Source: a bacterium (GTDB taxonomy: Bacteria; Armatimonadota; JACIXR01). Taken from it: a DNA stretch of 52,954 bases. A model generated the notes under the pieces. That model was given only the letters and a program-made list of their open reading frames with translations, was not told where the DNA came from and did not search any database. The translations under genes were made by a program, and so were the position numbers. Below, one piece after another: positions 35,829-44,993 of the stretch (positions are counted from its first letter, which is position 1; the number at the start of each line of letters is the position of its first letter). The DNA lies in assembly GCA_049970775.1 (NCBI GenBank), contig JBMFMH010000001.1, positions 7,118 to 60,071 on the forward strand, in the 5' to 3' direction.

Positions 35829-36542
35829 TCACTTAAGTTTCTCTATTTCCAAAATAACATTGCTTTTTTCGTCTACATTGATTTTTTTATTTTGGGCACT
35901 GTAATAATATCCTTTGGAATAGATGAAAATGGTGAATTTTCCCTGTAAAATCCTATTATCTCCCAATGGGGTTAGGAAGGTGCCGTTGCCCTTGATGTCC
36001 ATTTTCATACTTGACTGGGGAGAGGACATAGAGTAGCTTGTCTGGGGAATTTTCATAAATATTTTGGCGCATTTTTTCCCTTTATATAAGCTTTCCCCTA
36101 AGTGTTTTAATTCTATGAAAGAGCGAGGGTTATTAGGGTCAGTTAACTTCAGGGAGCTTCCTTTAGAGAATTTCTGGGGGAGTGGTAAAACGGCAGCGAA
36201 GAAGGGCGTGAAGCTTGGAGGAACCGCCGTTAGCAAAGGGTTTTGCTGCTGAGTAAGGAGAGTAGCTTTTCCGTTTCTATCTATCTTCAGGGAGAAGGAG
36301 TTGAGCTGTTGGGGCGGTTGCTTCTGGGATGGTTGAGCGGTGAACTTTGGGGTTATCTCCACGACATAGGATTGGTCCTTGCCTACTGCTTTTATCTTTT
36401 GGATTAACATCATCTCCGTGGTAGACATCTTCCCCTGTGGGGAAGCGATGGAAAGCTTCACTTTATAAGTGAACTGCTCCCCTACCTTCGGAAGGGAAAA
36501 GGCAAGGAAAGCTATGAGGCAGGCTAATAAAGCTCTTTTCAT
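35829..36542 (-). CDS. secreted protein of unknown function (paralogue of 34811-35791)
   Basis: 237 aa. Signal peptide MKRALLACLIAFLAFSLP. 4-nt overlap with the giant upstream gene. Confidence 0.7.
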   Translation of the reverse strand: MKRALLACLIAFLAFSLPKVGEQFTYKVKLSIASPQGKMSTTEMMLIQKIKAVGKDQSYVVEITPKFTAQPSQKQPPQQLNSFSLKIDRNGKATLLTQQQNPLLTAVPPSFTPFFAAVLPLPQKFSKGSSLKLTDPNNPRSFIELKHLGESLYKGKKCAKIFMKIPQTSYSMSSPQSSMKMDIKGNGTFLTPLGDNRILQGKFTIFIYSKGYYYSAQNKKINVDEKSNVILEIEKLK

Positions 36543-39500
36543 TGTAACTCCTCCCTTTCGCTTATGAATATATCATATCTTTGTGATTTTTGCAAGGGAG
36601 AGACCTCTACATCATCAACCAAGACGACTTGGGGACTCCCTATAGCCCAAAGGCGGAAGAAGGGATGTATTTCACTTGGGAAGAAACCAGTCGGCACCTC
36701 CACTTCATATTTATGCCATTCGCCATCATTTATGAGAGGAATAGCGATTTGCTCAAAATCGTATTTTTCGTTCCAATAGAAGTTAGCTTTAAGAAGTCCT
36801 TTCCCCTCCAAAACCTTCGCATAGAAGGAAAGTTTGTATCGGGAGTTCGGCTCAACTTTAAGGGAATCATTTGTGATTAGGGAAAATCCTTTGCCCTCGG
36901 GCAGTGAGAGAAGAGCGCATTTCTTACCGCTATGTGCTTCCTTGCTATAATATTGGGCGTTGTCCAAACGCCACCATTCACCTTCCTTTTCAAAAGAAGG
37001 GTTTAACAAGGTGTCGCCGGGCAGAGAAAAGGGAAAGGATTTTGGATATCCTTTGCCATCTCGGCAAAAATACAAGAAGAAGGTGCGTTCCTTCCCAGCC
37101 TCGCTCTTCCCACTGAGAAGGAAGCGGAGTTCACCGCTCGTCTCATCGTAGAGGCAAGGTCTCTCTTCTATTTGTTCCATATTTCCCTTGACCTCAACGA
37201 TTTTCAGCGAGCCCTCAGCGATTTCTTCCTTTTGGGGAAGCCGAAGGCATATTACTTCATTGAAGAGGTCCTCTCTGGGAATTACTTTTATCATAAGGCG
37301 ATTAGTGCGATAAGTGTCGAGCCAGGGAGGAAGATATTTGGGGGTTTTCCTAACCTCACCAAGCGATACCTTTGGCAACAAAACGAGAGGTTGTTCTTTT
37401 AAATTGTTATAGCTCTCCTCGGCAACGACCTGATAACCGGGATGGAGCTTTATGAAGAGGTCAATAAGACATCTTTCTTTTGCATTAGGCGAGATGAATT
37501 CTACCCAAGCGTATTTCCTCTCTCCTCGCTTTCCCCTCTCAGAGGGGAAAAAGCCGTAGCGAACTTCTTTTACATTCTGCATATCTCGCAGAACAAAGGA
37601 TATGCTTTCAGGAAATCTATCCGCTTCCATAATGGTTATGTAAGGAGGAACATAGCTTCCTTGTCTCCAGCCGAAATGAGGTGAGGGTTCATTCGTCTCA
37701 ATTCCTATGAAGTTTGGGTAGATTTTTGACAATGAATGAGCAGTTAACCTGAGAGAGAGGGGGATGATTTCCGGCTGAGGCTTTTTAGGTTCCACCACGG
37801 CGAGGACTCGGAAATAGTCTTTAAAAGCATAAATATCAACATATTGTTTTGCCTTTACAACCTCGTCCTCATAAGTGATGAGTAGTGAAATCGATGTTGG
37901 CGAGCGGTCAATGATTTGAATTTTCCCTTTACCTTCCGCTTGATGTTTCAATTCATCTTCGATGAACTTATCGGCTGTTATGGCGGGATTTAATGGGTCA
38001 AATCTACCAAATTCGCCATATGATGCCCCGAAAATTCCGCCAGCATAATCCTTCTGAGTTAATTTGGAAACGAAAGAAACTAAGGCACCTCCTTTCTCCT
38101 CGTCAAAGGCTAATGAAAAGTAGGAATTTTCTACTTTAACAATATTCCCCTCCCTTGCTATTTTAAGGTCTGAAGATGGAGCTGGTTCATAATTTGAGAT
38201 ATAGTAAATCGCGCGGCCAAGAGGTGGTAGCGTGGCGAGAAAGTATAGTTTACCATCTTGCAGACAATGAGGAACCAAGAAACCTTTCTCATTCTTTACG
38301 CTAACTTTTTCACCTTGCCACGGCACCACTATTAGCTCGTTATCAAGTGGGGAAACACGGGGATTGAAGATTAAAATCGGTTGTATTGCCCCTTCAACAG
38401 AGGATAAGGTGGAAGGATAGAGGGCAAAATATATTTTTTCTTCCTTTTCCACTTTGTTATTTCCCGAAAAATAGGTTATCTTTAAATCTTGCGGTAGAAG
38501 TGTGGGAGCTTCTGCCTGGTAAGAAGGGGCAGGAAGCGGGATATCTAATTTTTCACCTGCCTTTATGTCTCCCACTTCTATCTTTTTGCCGGCGATTTCA
38601 ACGATGAGGTTTCTTGCATCTGCGGTTTGGACGAATGGGTTGAGCTCGTTCTTTATCATCAAAGTGGGCTTTTTAAAGTCCAGTAATCTATTAACGACAA
38701 CGATGTTCGGTTTATCCATAACGATGAGTGGTCTGAGGAATATCGCCTTCCCCCATTGCCCCTCTAATTCAACTACCACGGTTTTTCTTCCCCAATCTAT
38801 GTCATCCCTTGCTCTTATAGGTAGTTTGAAGACCCTTCTCTCTTTTGGTTTCAAAGAAACATTTATCGTATCGCTGAGGAGGCTGGGGAAGCGTGCCCTT
38901 AGGCGGACGATTGCCCCTGTGGGTTTATCGGTGAGGTTCTCTAATTCCAGAGAAATAATTGTTGTATCCCCTTGAACGATGTGGAAGGAATTAGTAAGGA
39001 GCTTAATTGGCGAGAATACGAAGGCATAGGAGGCGAAGTAGGAGACCTGGTCTTTTAAGCTCTCAAATTCTTTTTCCTTTTCGGTCTTCATTATCTGCTG
39101 GAACATAATGCCGTCCTTATTCAGAGCGATGCTTTCCGCCAATGGCAGAGGCTTTCTTGGAACACGAATGCTTATTAAGGGTTGTTTAGTTATATCGTGA
39201 TTATATGCAAGAACAATTGCGGTATTTTCTGCCCAAAAGATTTTCCCTATCACATTCTCCCCACTTACTAATTCAGGTGGTGGGTAACCAGCCCATTTTA
39301 ACAGTGTCCGCCAATATCTTTTATCCAAAATATCGCTCATAGAGCCGTTGATGTAATAAACCTCGCTTCCCTCGTATGGTAGGAGGATATCCCGAGGGAT
39401 ATTTTTCAGCTCATAATGGGAGAGGGCTTGTCCTTTCAAGGGGGAAAGAGAGAAACGAGGCGCGGGCTTTACTGGGAAAGCGAGGGAATCTTTGGGGAAA

Positions 39501-41545
39501 ACGACTCTCTCATTGGGGAGGGAAACGATGTTTCGCCTTTCCTCTGCGGGAAAGTTTGAAGTGGATAGCTGTAACCAATCCAAAGCAAGATTGCAGACCC
39601 TTCTTTCCGCTGGAAATCTCTCGGGGTCTAATTTAGAGGGTATGTTCGCCTTTTGAAAAGCGAAAACAAGCTCGCCGAGATAGTCATTCACCAGCTCAGG
39701 GGGAATGGTTAACTCATAGATATGCCAGCCGGGGATTATCTGGAGCTTCCCTACTTCCTTGCCATTTAAAAGCACGGTGATTTCGTTATTCCAAAGGGCA
39801 GTTGCCCGAAAACGAAGGATTAGCTCTCTTTTTGGGGAAAGGGGGAGGAAAAATATGCTCTTTGTTCCGCTGCCGGGGAGCCATCTTACCGTAAGGTTTC
39901 CCCAATCCTCTCTGCCGGATGCCCCTTGAAGAATAAATTCCTCATCCCCTTTCTCTCCTACATCTATGAAAATATTCAAATCCTTGCCTGGTGAGAGCTT
40001 TTCTCTTACTTCCTCTTCCTTTAGCCCGAAAATTTTTGCTAATTTTTCATCTCCTGACAAAATAAGCTTCTTTCTTCCTGTTTTTAGCCAGCGTAGGATG
40101 ATATCTATGATTTTCTCCTTATTTTGATTGTAACCGAATCCGCAGCCACAAGCGGGAGCAAGCAAAACATTGAAGCGTGAGAGGGTCTTTTCATCCAGCA
40201 GGTCATCAGGGATGAGGTCAAAAGAGACATCGAGTTGACGCAGGATTTGGATTGTTTGATAAAGCTCCTGAATGTTGCCTTCTCCCGAAAGGAGGGGCCA
40301 TTCGTTCAGAAGGAGGGCGATTTTGGCATCCTTGCCGAAATCCCTCAGATTGGGGAAAATCTCCCACATCAAAGTTGCCCAGAAAAGGTTCTTCTCACAA
40401 AACTTCTTTCCGTATTCAAAACAAGGCTCAAGGTTTGAGCCTTCCCACCACTCATTCCAGGAAAGATGGAGGAGGGCTTCCGAATAGCGCAGGAGGGCGC
40501 TGCACCAAAATCTATCAAAATGTAGAGGTTCGGGTGGATAGCAGGTGCCGGGAATCCTTATTTCCCAATCGGTATAATAATTTTTGAAATGGTCAAAGAA
40601 AACGGTGTTATATTTCTTTGCCACCACGGATTGAATGAAGCGTTGAACATCCTGCTCTTGGGGCTGACCGAAAATACCTCCATAAGAGTGAGGACCTCCA
40701 AGGGTCTTTGCAAAGAGGGAATAGCTAAAGCCCATAAAGGGCTCATAACCCACATCAAAGGAGACCCTCATCCCCGGCAGGTTAAATTCTTCTTGAACCA
40801 GCTTGTCCAGCTTTTCCCATTCCCTCTTCCAAATTTGGAATTGATACATAATGGAAAAGGCTCTCTGGGGACCTGTGGCATTGAAATCCATATTGATATC
40901 CTCAAAGGAGGGAAAATCTGTGCCCCAATCCTTATTTAAATCCGCTATTGAAGGGTAGAGGGAGCGAAGGTAGGTGCGGAAGCCGTCGTTGTCAACAGTG
41001 GTTTGGGGAATACCGTTTCGGGAATAAATCAATTTAAAGGGAAAGCCATTTAGCTTAACGAGAACAGGAGATTGTGAGAAGAGCTTAAGCCAAAGATAAG
41101 TATCACGCTTTTGGGAGATATTATTTGAGAAGTATTTAGTATCAAAATTCCATCCATCTTGGTAATAAGACATCCATATATCGTAGTTCTCTTTTTTAAG
41201 GTCTTCCGCTGCTTTAAAGAGGATTTTCTCCCTCATCTCTCCACCTTCGCCAATCCAATCGGGACTCCAATAATCTATGAAGTGATGCGTTATCCCCCAT
41301 TCTCCTGCTTGCCAGAGGGAGCGCCTATTATCCCTATAAGTGCGGGAATCGTAATAGCCGCTTAAGGGGGTATTATAAACACCGCCAAGCCAATTACCCC
41401 ATTTCTTCTCATAATCCCAGGTATACCAATAGAAGTAAACATCGCAAATCCAAGGGCGTTCCAGAGGGTAGGCAGGGATAAAAGAGAAGAGGAGCGCCGT
41501 CAAAAAGATGACGCTCCCCTTTCGGTTAGTATTTCTGGTGGGCAT
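36539..41545 (-). CDS. 1668-aa secreted or anchored multidomain glycoside-hydrolase-like protein (GH99/WbsX-like and GH42-like N-terminal region, several beta-sandwich domains, C-terminal CBM4/9-like module)
   Basis: N-terminal hydrophobic anchor. YFYWYTWD...GYYDS and LSWNEWWEGSNLEP (residues 361-374) resemble GH99/WbsX-type barrels. LYPSIADLNKDWGTDF and residues of about 405-500 resemble GH42 and its trimerisation (GATase-like) domain. A CARDB/NEW3-like segment is present. YFSLAFDEEKGGALVSF resembles a GH38 C-terminal domain. The last roughly 150 aa (LLNPSFEKEGEWW...VLVDDVEV) resemble CBM4/9. Confidence 0.75.
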   Translation of the reverse strand: MPTRNTNRKGSVIFLTALLFSFIPAYPLERPWICDVYFYWYTWDYEKKWGNWLGGVYNTPLSGYYDSRTYRDNRRSLWQAGEWGITHHFIDYWSPDWIGEGGEMREKILFKAAEDLKKENYDIWMSYYQDGWNFDTKYFSNNISQKRDTYLWLKLFSQSPVLVKLNGFPFKLIYSRNGIPQTTVDNDGFRTYLRSLYPSIADLNKDWGTDFPSFEDINMDFNATGPQRAFSIMYQFQIWKREWEKLDKLVQEEFNLPGMRVSFDVGYEPFMGFSYSLFAKTLGGPHSYGGIFGQPQEQDVQRFIQSVVAKKYNTVFFDHFKNYYTDWEIRIPGTCYPPEPLHFDRFWCSALLRYSEALLHLSWNEWWEGSNLEPCFEYGKKFCEKNLFWATLMWEIFPNLRDFGKDAKIALLLNEWPLLSGEGNIQELYQTIQILRQLDVSFDLIPDDLLDEKTLSRFNVLLAPACGCGFGYNQNKEKIIDIILRWLKTGRKKLILSGDEKLAKIFGLKEEEVREKLSPGKDLNIFIDVGEKGDEEFILQGASGREDWGNLTVRWLPGSGTKSIFFLPLSPKRELILRFRATALWNNEITVLLNGKEVGKLQIIPGWHIYELTIPPELVNDYLGELVFAFQKANIPSKLDPERFPAERRVCNLALDWLQLSTSNFPAEERRNIVSLPNERVVFPKDSLAFPVKPAPRFSLSPLKGQALSHYELKNIPRDILLPYEGSEVYYINGSMSDILDKRYWRTLLKWAGYPPPELVSGENVIGKIFWAENTAIVLAYNHDITKQPLISIRVPRKPLPLAESIALNKDGIMFQQIMKTEKEKEFESLKDQVSYFASYAFVFSPIKLLTNSFHIVQGDTTIISLELENLTDKPTGAIVRLRARFPSLLSDTINVSLKPKERRVFKLPIRARDDIDWGRKTVVVELEGQWGKAIFLRPLIVMDKPNIVVVNRLLDFKKPTLMIKNELNPFVQTADARNLIVEIAGKKIEVGDIKAGEKLDIPLPAPSYQAEAPTLLPQDLKITYFSGNNKVEKEEKIYFALYPSTLSSVEGAIQPILIFNPRVSPLDNELIVVPWQGEKVSVKNEKGFLVPHCLQDGKLYFLATLPPLGRAIYYISNYEPAPSSDLKIAREGNIVKVENSYFSLAFDEEKGGALVSFVSKLTQKDYAGGIFGASYGEFGRFDPLNPAITADKFIEDELKHQAEGKGKIQIIDRSPTSISLLITYEDEVVKAKQYVDIYAFKDYFRVLAVVEPKKPQPEIIPLSLRLTAHSLSKIYPNFIGIETNEPSPHFGWRQGSYVPPYITIMEADRFPESISFVLRDMQNVKEVRYGFFPSERGKRGERKYAWVEFISPNAKERCLIDLFIKLHPGYQVVAEESYNNLKEQPLVLLPKVSLGEVRKTPKYLPPWLDTYRTNRLMIKVIPREDLFNEVICLRLPQKEEIAEGSLKIVEVKGNMEQIEERPCLYDETSGELRFLLSGKSEAGKERTFFLYFCRDGKGYPKSFPFSLPGDTLLNPSFEKEGEWWRLDNAQYYSKEAHSGKKCALLSLPEGKGFSLITNDSLKVEPNSRYKLSFYAKVLEGKGLLKANFYWNEKYDFEQIAIPLINDGEWHKYEVEVPTGFFPSEIHPFFRLWAIGSPQVVLVDDVEVSPLQKSQRYDIFISEREELQ

Positions 41546-41551
41546 ATTGGT

Positions 41552-42634
41552 TTAGAATCTTTTACGGAGGAATGTGGGGATGTCCAATTCTTCCTCCACT
41601 GGGATGGGTATTTCTATTTTTTCCTCTTCCTTACTTTCTTCTATTCTAAAAGGGGGGAGTTCTTCCTTTTTAACCGGTTCAAAACCCGTGGCGATTACCG
41701 TGATTTGTATCTTGCCCTGCATATCCTCCTTTATAACCACGCCATACTTTTTATCTCCTTCTTTCGCATCTGTGCACTGGCTAAGGAAGTCAAGTGCTTT
41801 GTGGACATCGTTCTTGAGGGAGATGTCCTTACCACCAGTGAAATTAACGAGGAGCTTCTTTGCTCCCGTCATAGATGCTTCTAAGAGGGGGCTATTTATC
41901 GCTGCTTTTGCTGCCTCAATAGCTCTATCTTGCCCTTCAGCGATTCCCATACCCATTAGCGCTGTTCCTGCGCCTGACAAAACGGATTTAACATCTGCAA
42001 AGTCCACATTTATCAGCCCTGGCACGACGACTATATCGGAAATGCCTTGCACCGCTTGGCGCAGAATATCATCCACGAGTTTAAATGCTTCTAAAAGGGG
42101 TAGGTCATCGTCCACGATATCTAGTAGGCGGTCATTAGGGATAACGATGAGGGCGTCCACCTTTTCCCGAAGCGCTTGGATGCCTTCCTCAGCTATTCTC
42201 GCCCTCCGTGCCCCTTCAACGCTAAAGGGGCGGGTGACCACCGCAACGCAGAGCGAGTTTATATCCTTGGAGCGGGCGATCTCAGCGATGACAGGGGAAG
42301 CCCCTGTGCCTGTTCCTCCCCCCATTCCTGCGGTTATGAAAACCATATCAGCGCCCTCCATTGCCTTTCTCAACTCCTCCTTATCCTCTTCCGCCGCTGC
42401 CCTCCCAACATCCGGATTGCCTCCCGCACCTAACCCACCGGTCAACCTTGAACCTATTTGTATCTTGCGAGGCGCTTTGGAGAGGTCCAACACCTGTTTA
42501 TCGGTGTTGATAGCAACGAATTCTACTCCCTCTACCTTCGCCTCAATCATTCGGTTAACCGCGTTGCAGCCGGCGCCTCCGACGCCGAGAACGGTTATCT
42601 TCGCTCCTTTAATATCTTCTATTCTGTTGAGCAA
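41552..42634 (-). CDS. ftsZ: cell division protein FtsZ
   Basis: [13 protein letters not shown] and the tubulin signature [12 protein letters not shown]. 360 aa. Confidence 0.98.
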   Translation of the reverse strand: MLNRIEDIKGAKITVLGVGGAGCNAVNRMIEAKVEGVEFVAINTDKQVLDLSKAPRKIQIGSRLTGGLGAGGNPDVGRAAAEEDKEELRKAMEGADMVFITAGMGGGTGTGASPVIAEIARSKDINSLCVAVVTRPFSVEGARRARIAEEGIQALREKVDALIVIPNDRLLDIVDDDLPLLEAFKLVDDILRQAVQGISDIVVVPGLINVDFADVKSVLSGAGTALMGMGIAEGQDRAIEAAKAAINSPLLEASMTGAKKLLVNFTGGKDISLKNDVHKALDFLSQCTDAKEGDKKYGVVIKEDMQGKIQITVIATGFEPVKKEELPPFRIEESKEEEKIEIPIPVEEELDIPTFLRKRF

Positions 42635-42669
42635 TTATAATACCCCCTTTTATTGGAATTTTTTGGAGA

Positions 42670-43920
42670 TTATCTCCATAAATTGGCAAGTAAATTATAT
42701 ATGGTGCGAAAAAATTTAGCAAGCAAACTTTCTCTTAATCGTGGTTTGTGGGCAACATATCCATATTTGTAGGAATAAAGAACGAGTCCAACTACTGTGG
42801 AATGAAGCGGGGTGAAGGGAGCATCGGGAAGAGGCTTGATTCCTTTTGGCACACCCACACGAGCTGGCATTTGCAGGACCTTTTCCGCGAGAAGTTCAAT
42901 GCCCGGAAGAAGGGAGCACCCACCGGTAAGGACAAGACCAGCTGGCAGAATGTCGCCCACTTTTGCCTTTGCTATTTCCTTTCCCACCAATTGGAATAGC
43001 TCAGTTAAGCGAGCCTCAATGATTTCCGCAAGGATACGGCGAGGGTAGCGCCTCATTTCCTCCTTTGCAAGGGTCTTTACTTCAATCCCCTCCTCTGGGT
43101 CCACAGCGGAAGCAATTGCATATCCTTTCTCCTTCTTCAATCTCTCTGCTTCCTCAAAGGTTGTGCGCAAGCCAACCATTATGTCAGAAGTTAGGTGATT
43201 ACCTCCTATAGGTAGAGAGGAGGAAAAGTAAATGCTGCCGTTAAGGAAAATAGCCAAGTCGGTAGTGCCTCCCCCGATATCTAAAAGGGCAACTCCTACT
43301 TCCTTCTCTCCTTCCTCAAGCACAGCCTCACCAGTTGCAATCGGTTGAAGAAGCAAGTTCTCAACTCCAACTCCCGCTAGCTCCACGCTCTGAACCAGGT
43401 TCTGCAAAAAGGAGGTGCCACCAGTTACGATGTGGGCATCAACTTCCAAGTGTTGGGCATACATTCCATAAGGATGTTGTATTCCTTCCTCACCGTCAAT
43501 GATGAATTGCCTTGGGGTTATGTGGATTATCTCCCTATCTTTGGTTAACGCCAAGTTTTCCTTTGCATTTTGGAGTGCTCTTTCCACATCCTCCTCGGTG
43601 ACCTGTCCCCGATAATTGGTGATGGTTGCTGAGCCTCTCAGATTGTAGGAAGCAATATGCTTGCCAGTTACCCCCACAACGACCGAGGTAATCTCTTTCC
43701 CTGCCATTGTTTGTGCCTTCACAAGGGAAGCTTTTATATCAGCGCTCGTTTTCTGTATATCCACAACCATACCTTTCCGCATGCCTTGAGAGGGGTGAAC
43801 ACCCATTCCGATCGCTTGTAGTTCATCCTTAGAGCCAACTCTAACCAACAAGGTGCATATCTTGGTTGTCCCCACATCTAAACCTGCGATTATCTCACTA
43901 TCTCGTTCTCTCAGATTCAT
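42670..43920 (-). CDS. ftsA: cell division protein FtsA
   Basis: Actin-fold motifs GLDVGTTKI and LLDIGGGTTDLA. 416 aa, upstream of ftsZ. Confidence 0.95.
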   Translation of the reverse strand: MNLRERDSEIIAGLDVGTTKICTLLVRVGSKDELQAIGMGVHPSQGMRKGMVVDIQKTSADIKASLVKAQTMAGKEITSVVVGVTGKHIASYNLRGSATITNYRGQVTEEDVERALQNAKENLALTKDREIIHITPRQFIIDGEEGIQHPYGMYAQHLEVDAHIVTGGTSFLQNLVQSVELAGVGVENLLLQPIATGEAVLEEGEKEVGVALLDIGGGTTDLAIFLNGSIYFSSSLPIGGNHLTSDIMVGLRTTFEEAERLKKEKGYAIASAVDPEEGIEVKTLAKEEMRRYPRRILAEIIEARLTELFQLVGKEIAKAKVGDILPAGLVLTGGCSLLPGIELLAEKVLQMPARVGVPKGIKPLPDAPFTPLHSTVVGLVLYSYKYGYVAHKPRLRESLLAKFFRTIYNLLANLWR

Positions 43921-44269
43921 CCCCCCTTCTTAAATGTTCTTCCACTATAAGTCTCCTAATGAGGGAGAGATTTTGAAAGATTCGCACCCCGAAGGCTATG
44001 ACTGCGGCGAGGTAAAGGGGAACCCCCAAGAGGTCACCTATCCAAGCGAGAAGAGCGGCAGCGATTGAATTCACGAGGAAACCGGAAAGGAAGATAAGAT
44101 TATCATATTTTCTCTCTAATCCCGCTCTCACTCCACCCATTATTGAATCAAGGGAAGCGAGAATGGCAACCGAGAGATAAGGAGCGAAACGAAGGGGAAC
44201 GGTTATGTGAGCGAAATAAACCAAGAGAAAACTTACCAGGAACCCCAAAAAAGGAAGAACAAACAGCAA
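43898..44269 (-). CDS. sbp: small basic protein Sbp (DUF1290)
   Basis: 123 aa with 3-4 TM segments. Lies between the DUF881 gene and ftsA, as in the Bacillus dcw cluster. TTG start with AGGAGG upstream. Confidence 0.7.
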   Translation of the reverse strand: MLFVLPFLGFLVSFLLVYFAHITVPLRFAPYLSVAILASLDSIMGGVRAGLERKYDNLIFLSGFLVNSIAAALLAWIGDLLGVPLYLAAVIAFGVRIFQNLSLIRRLIVEEHLRRGDESERTR

Positions 44270-44270
44270 T

Positions 44271-44993
44271 TTAACCCCCTCCTACTGGTTGAGCGAAGCG
44301 AAACCTTGTGCTATTTGCTCCCGTGAAAGGAGGCAAAACAATTTGCTCTACTTTCTTCACGCTAACTTGAAAACCCGACCTTTTTAAATAGTCCAATATG
44401 CCGCCGGGAACATTTAGTCCGCTGAGAAGAACATCAGGGTCCCCTATCGCCTCAATCTTGTAAGGGGAAGCGATGGGGACCTGATTTACCTGTATTACAT
44501 TCCCCACACAGCGGATGACCGAATTGAAGGAGAGGCGTTGACCATTTATAGCTATAGCTTCTGCCCCAGCCGATTTCAGCTCGTTTACCAGCTGTAAAAG
44601 GTCATAATCGTGCACGATATAAAGGTTTTGCAACTCGGGCGAAGGGGCGCGAATGTTGCTATCGTTCAAGGTAATCGTGACCCCGGGACCCATCACTCCC
44701 GTTAAACCAGCTTGAACCTTAAGGCTCTGGAGCTGTTCATTGAGGGCTTGGATTGCTCCTTTCCCACTCGCTAATTTATCTTCGTATTCGGTTATTCTAT
44801 TCCTGAGAACCTTTATCTCTTCCTGTAATTTCTTATTCGTATCCTGCAAGTCCTTCATAATAACTGCGAGCTCACGAGGATTCGTTGTTGGCAAGATAGG
44901 GGTATAGGTTTGCTGGGTCCTTAACCCCAAGGCAAGCAGAACGCCCAGCATAAGTGATACTATTGTAAGGGAAATAGAGAGTTCCTTTCTCAC
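44271..44993 (-). CDS. DUF881 family division-cluster protein (YlxW/YlxX-like)
   Basis: 240 aa. N-terminal TM, a coiled-coil (LQEEIKVLRNRITEYEDKL), then a C-terminal domain typical of DUF881. Located between ftsQ and sbp. Confidence 0.7.
   Translation of the reverse strand: MRKELSISLTIVSLMLGVLLALGLRTQQTYTPILPTTNPRELAVIMKDLQDTNKKLQEEIKVLRNRITEYEDKLASGKGAIQALNEQLQSLKVQAGLTGVMGPGVTITLNDSNIRAPSPELQNLYIVHDYDLLQLVNELKSAGAEAIAINGQRLSFNSVIRCVGNVIQVNQVPIASPYKIEAIGDPDVLLSGLNVPGGILDYLKRSGFQVSVKKVEQIVLPPFTGANSTRFRFAQPVGGG

Noticed and set aside
41574-42719. 381-aa ORF on the + strand covering the whole of ftsZ in antisense
   Set aside because: The product is Ser/Ile/Pro-rich and low-complexity, with no motifs and no SD. 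ftsZ on the opposite strand is unambiguous. Long antisense ORFs are expected opposite purine-rich, stop-poor coding sequence.
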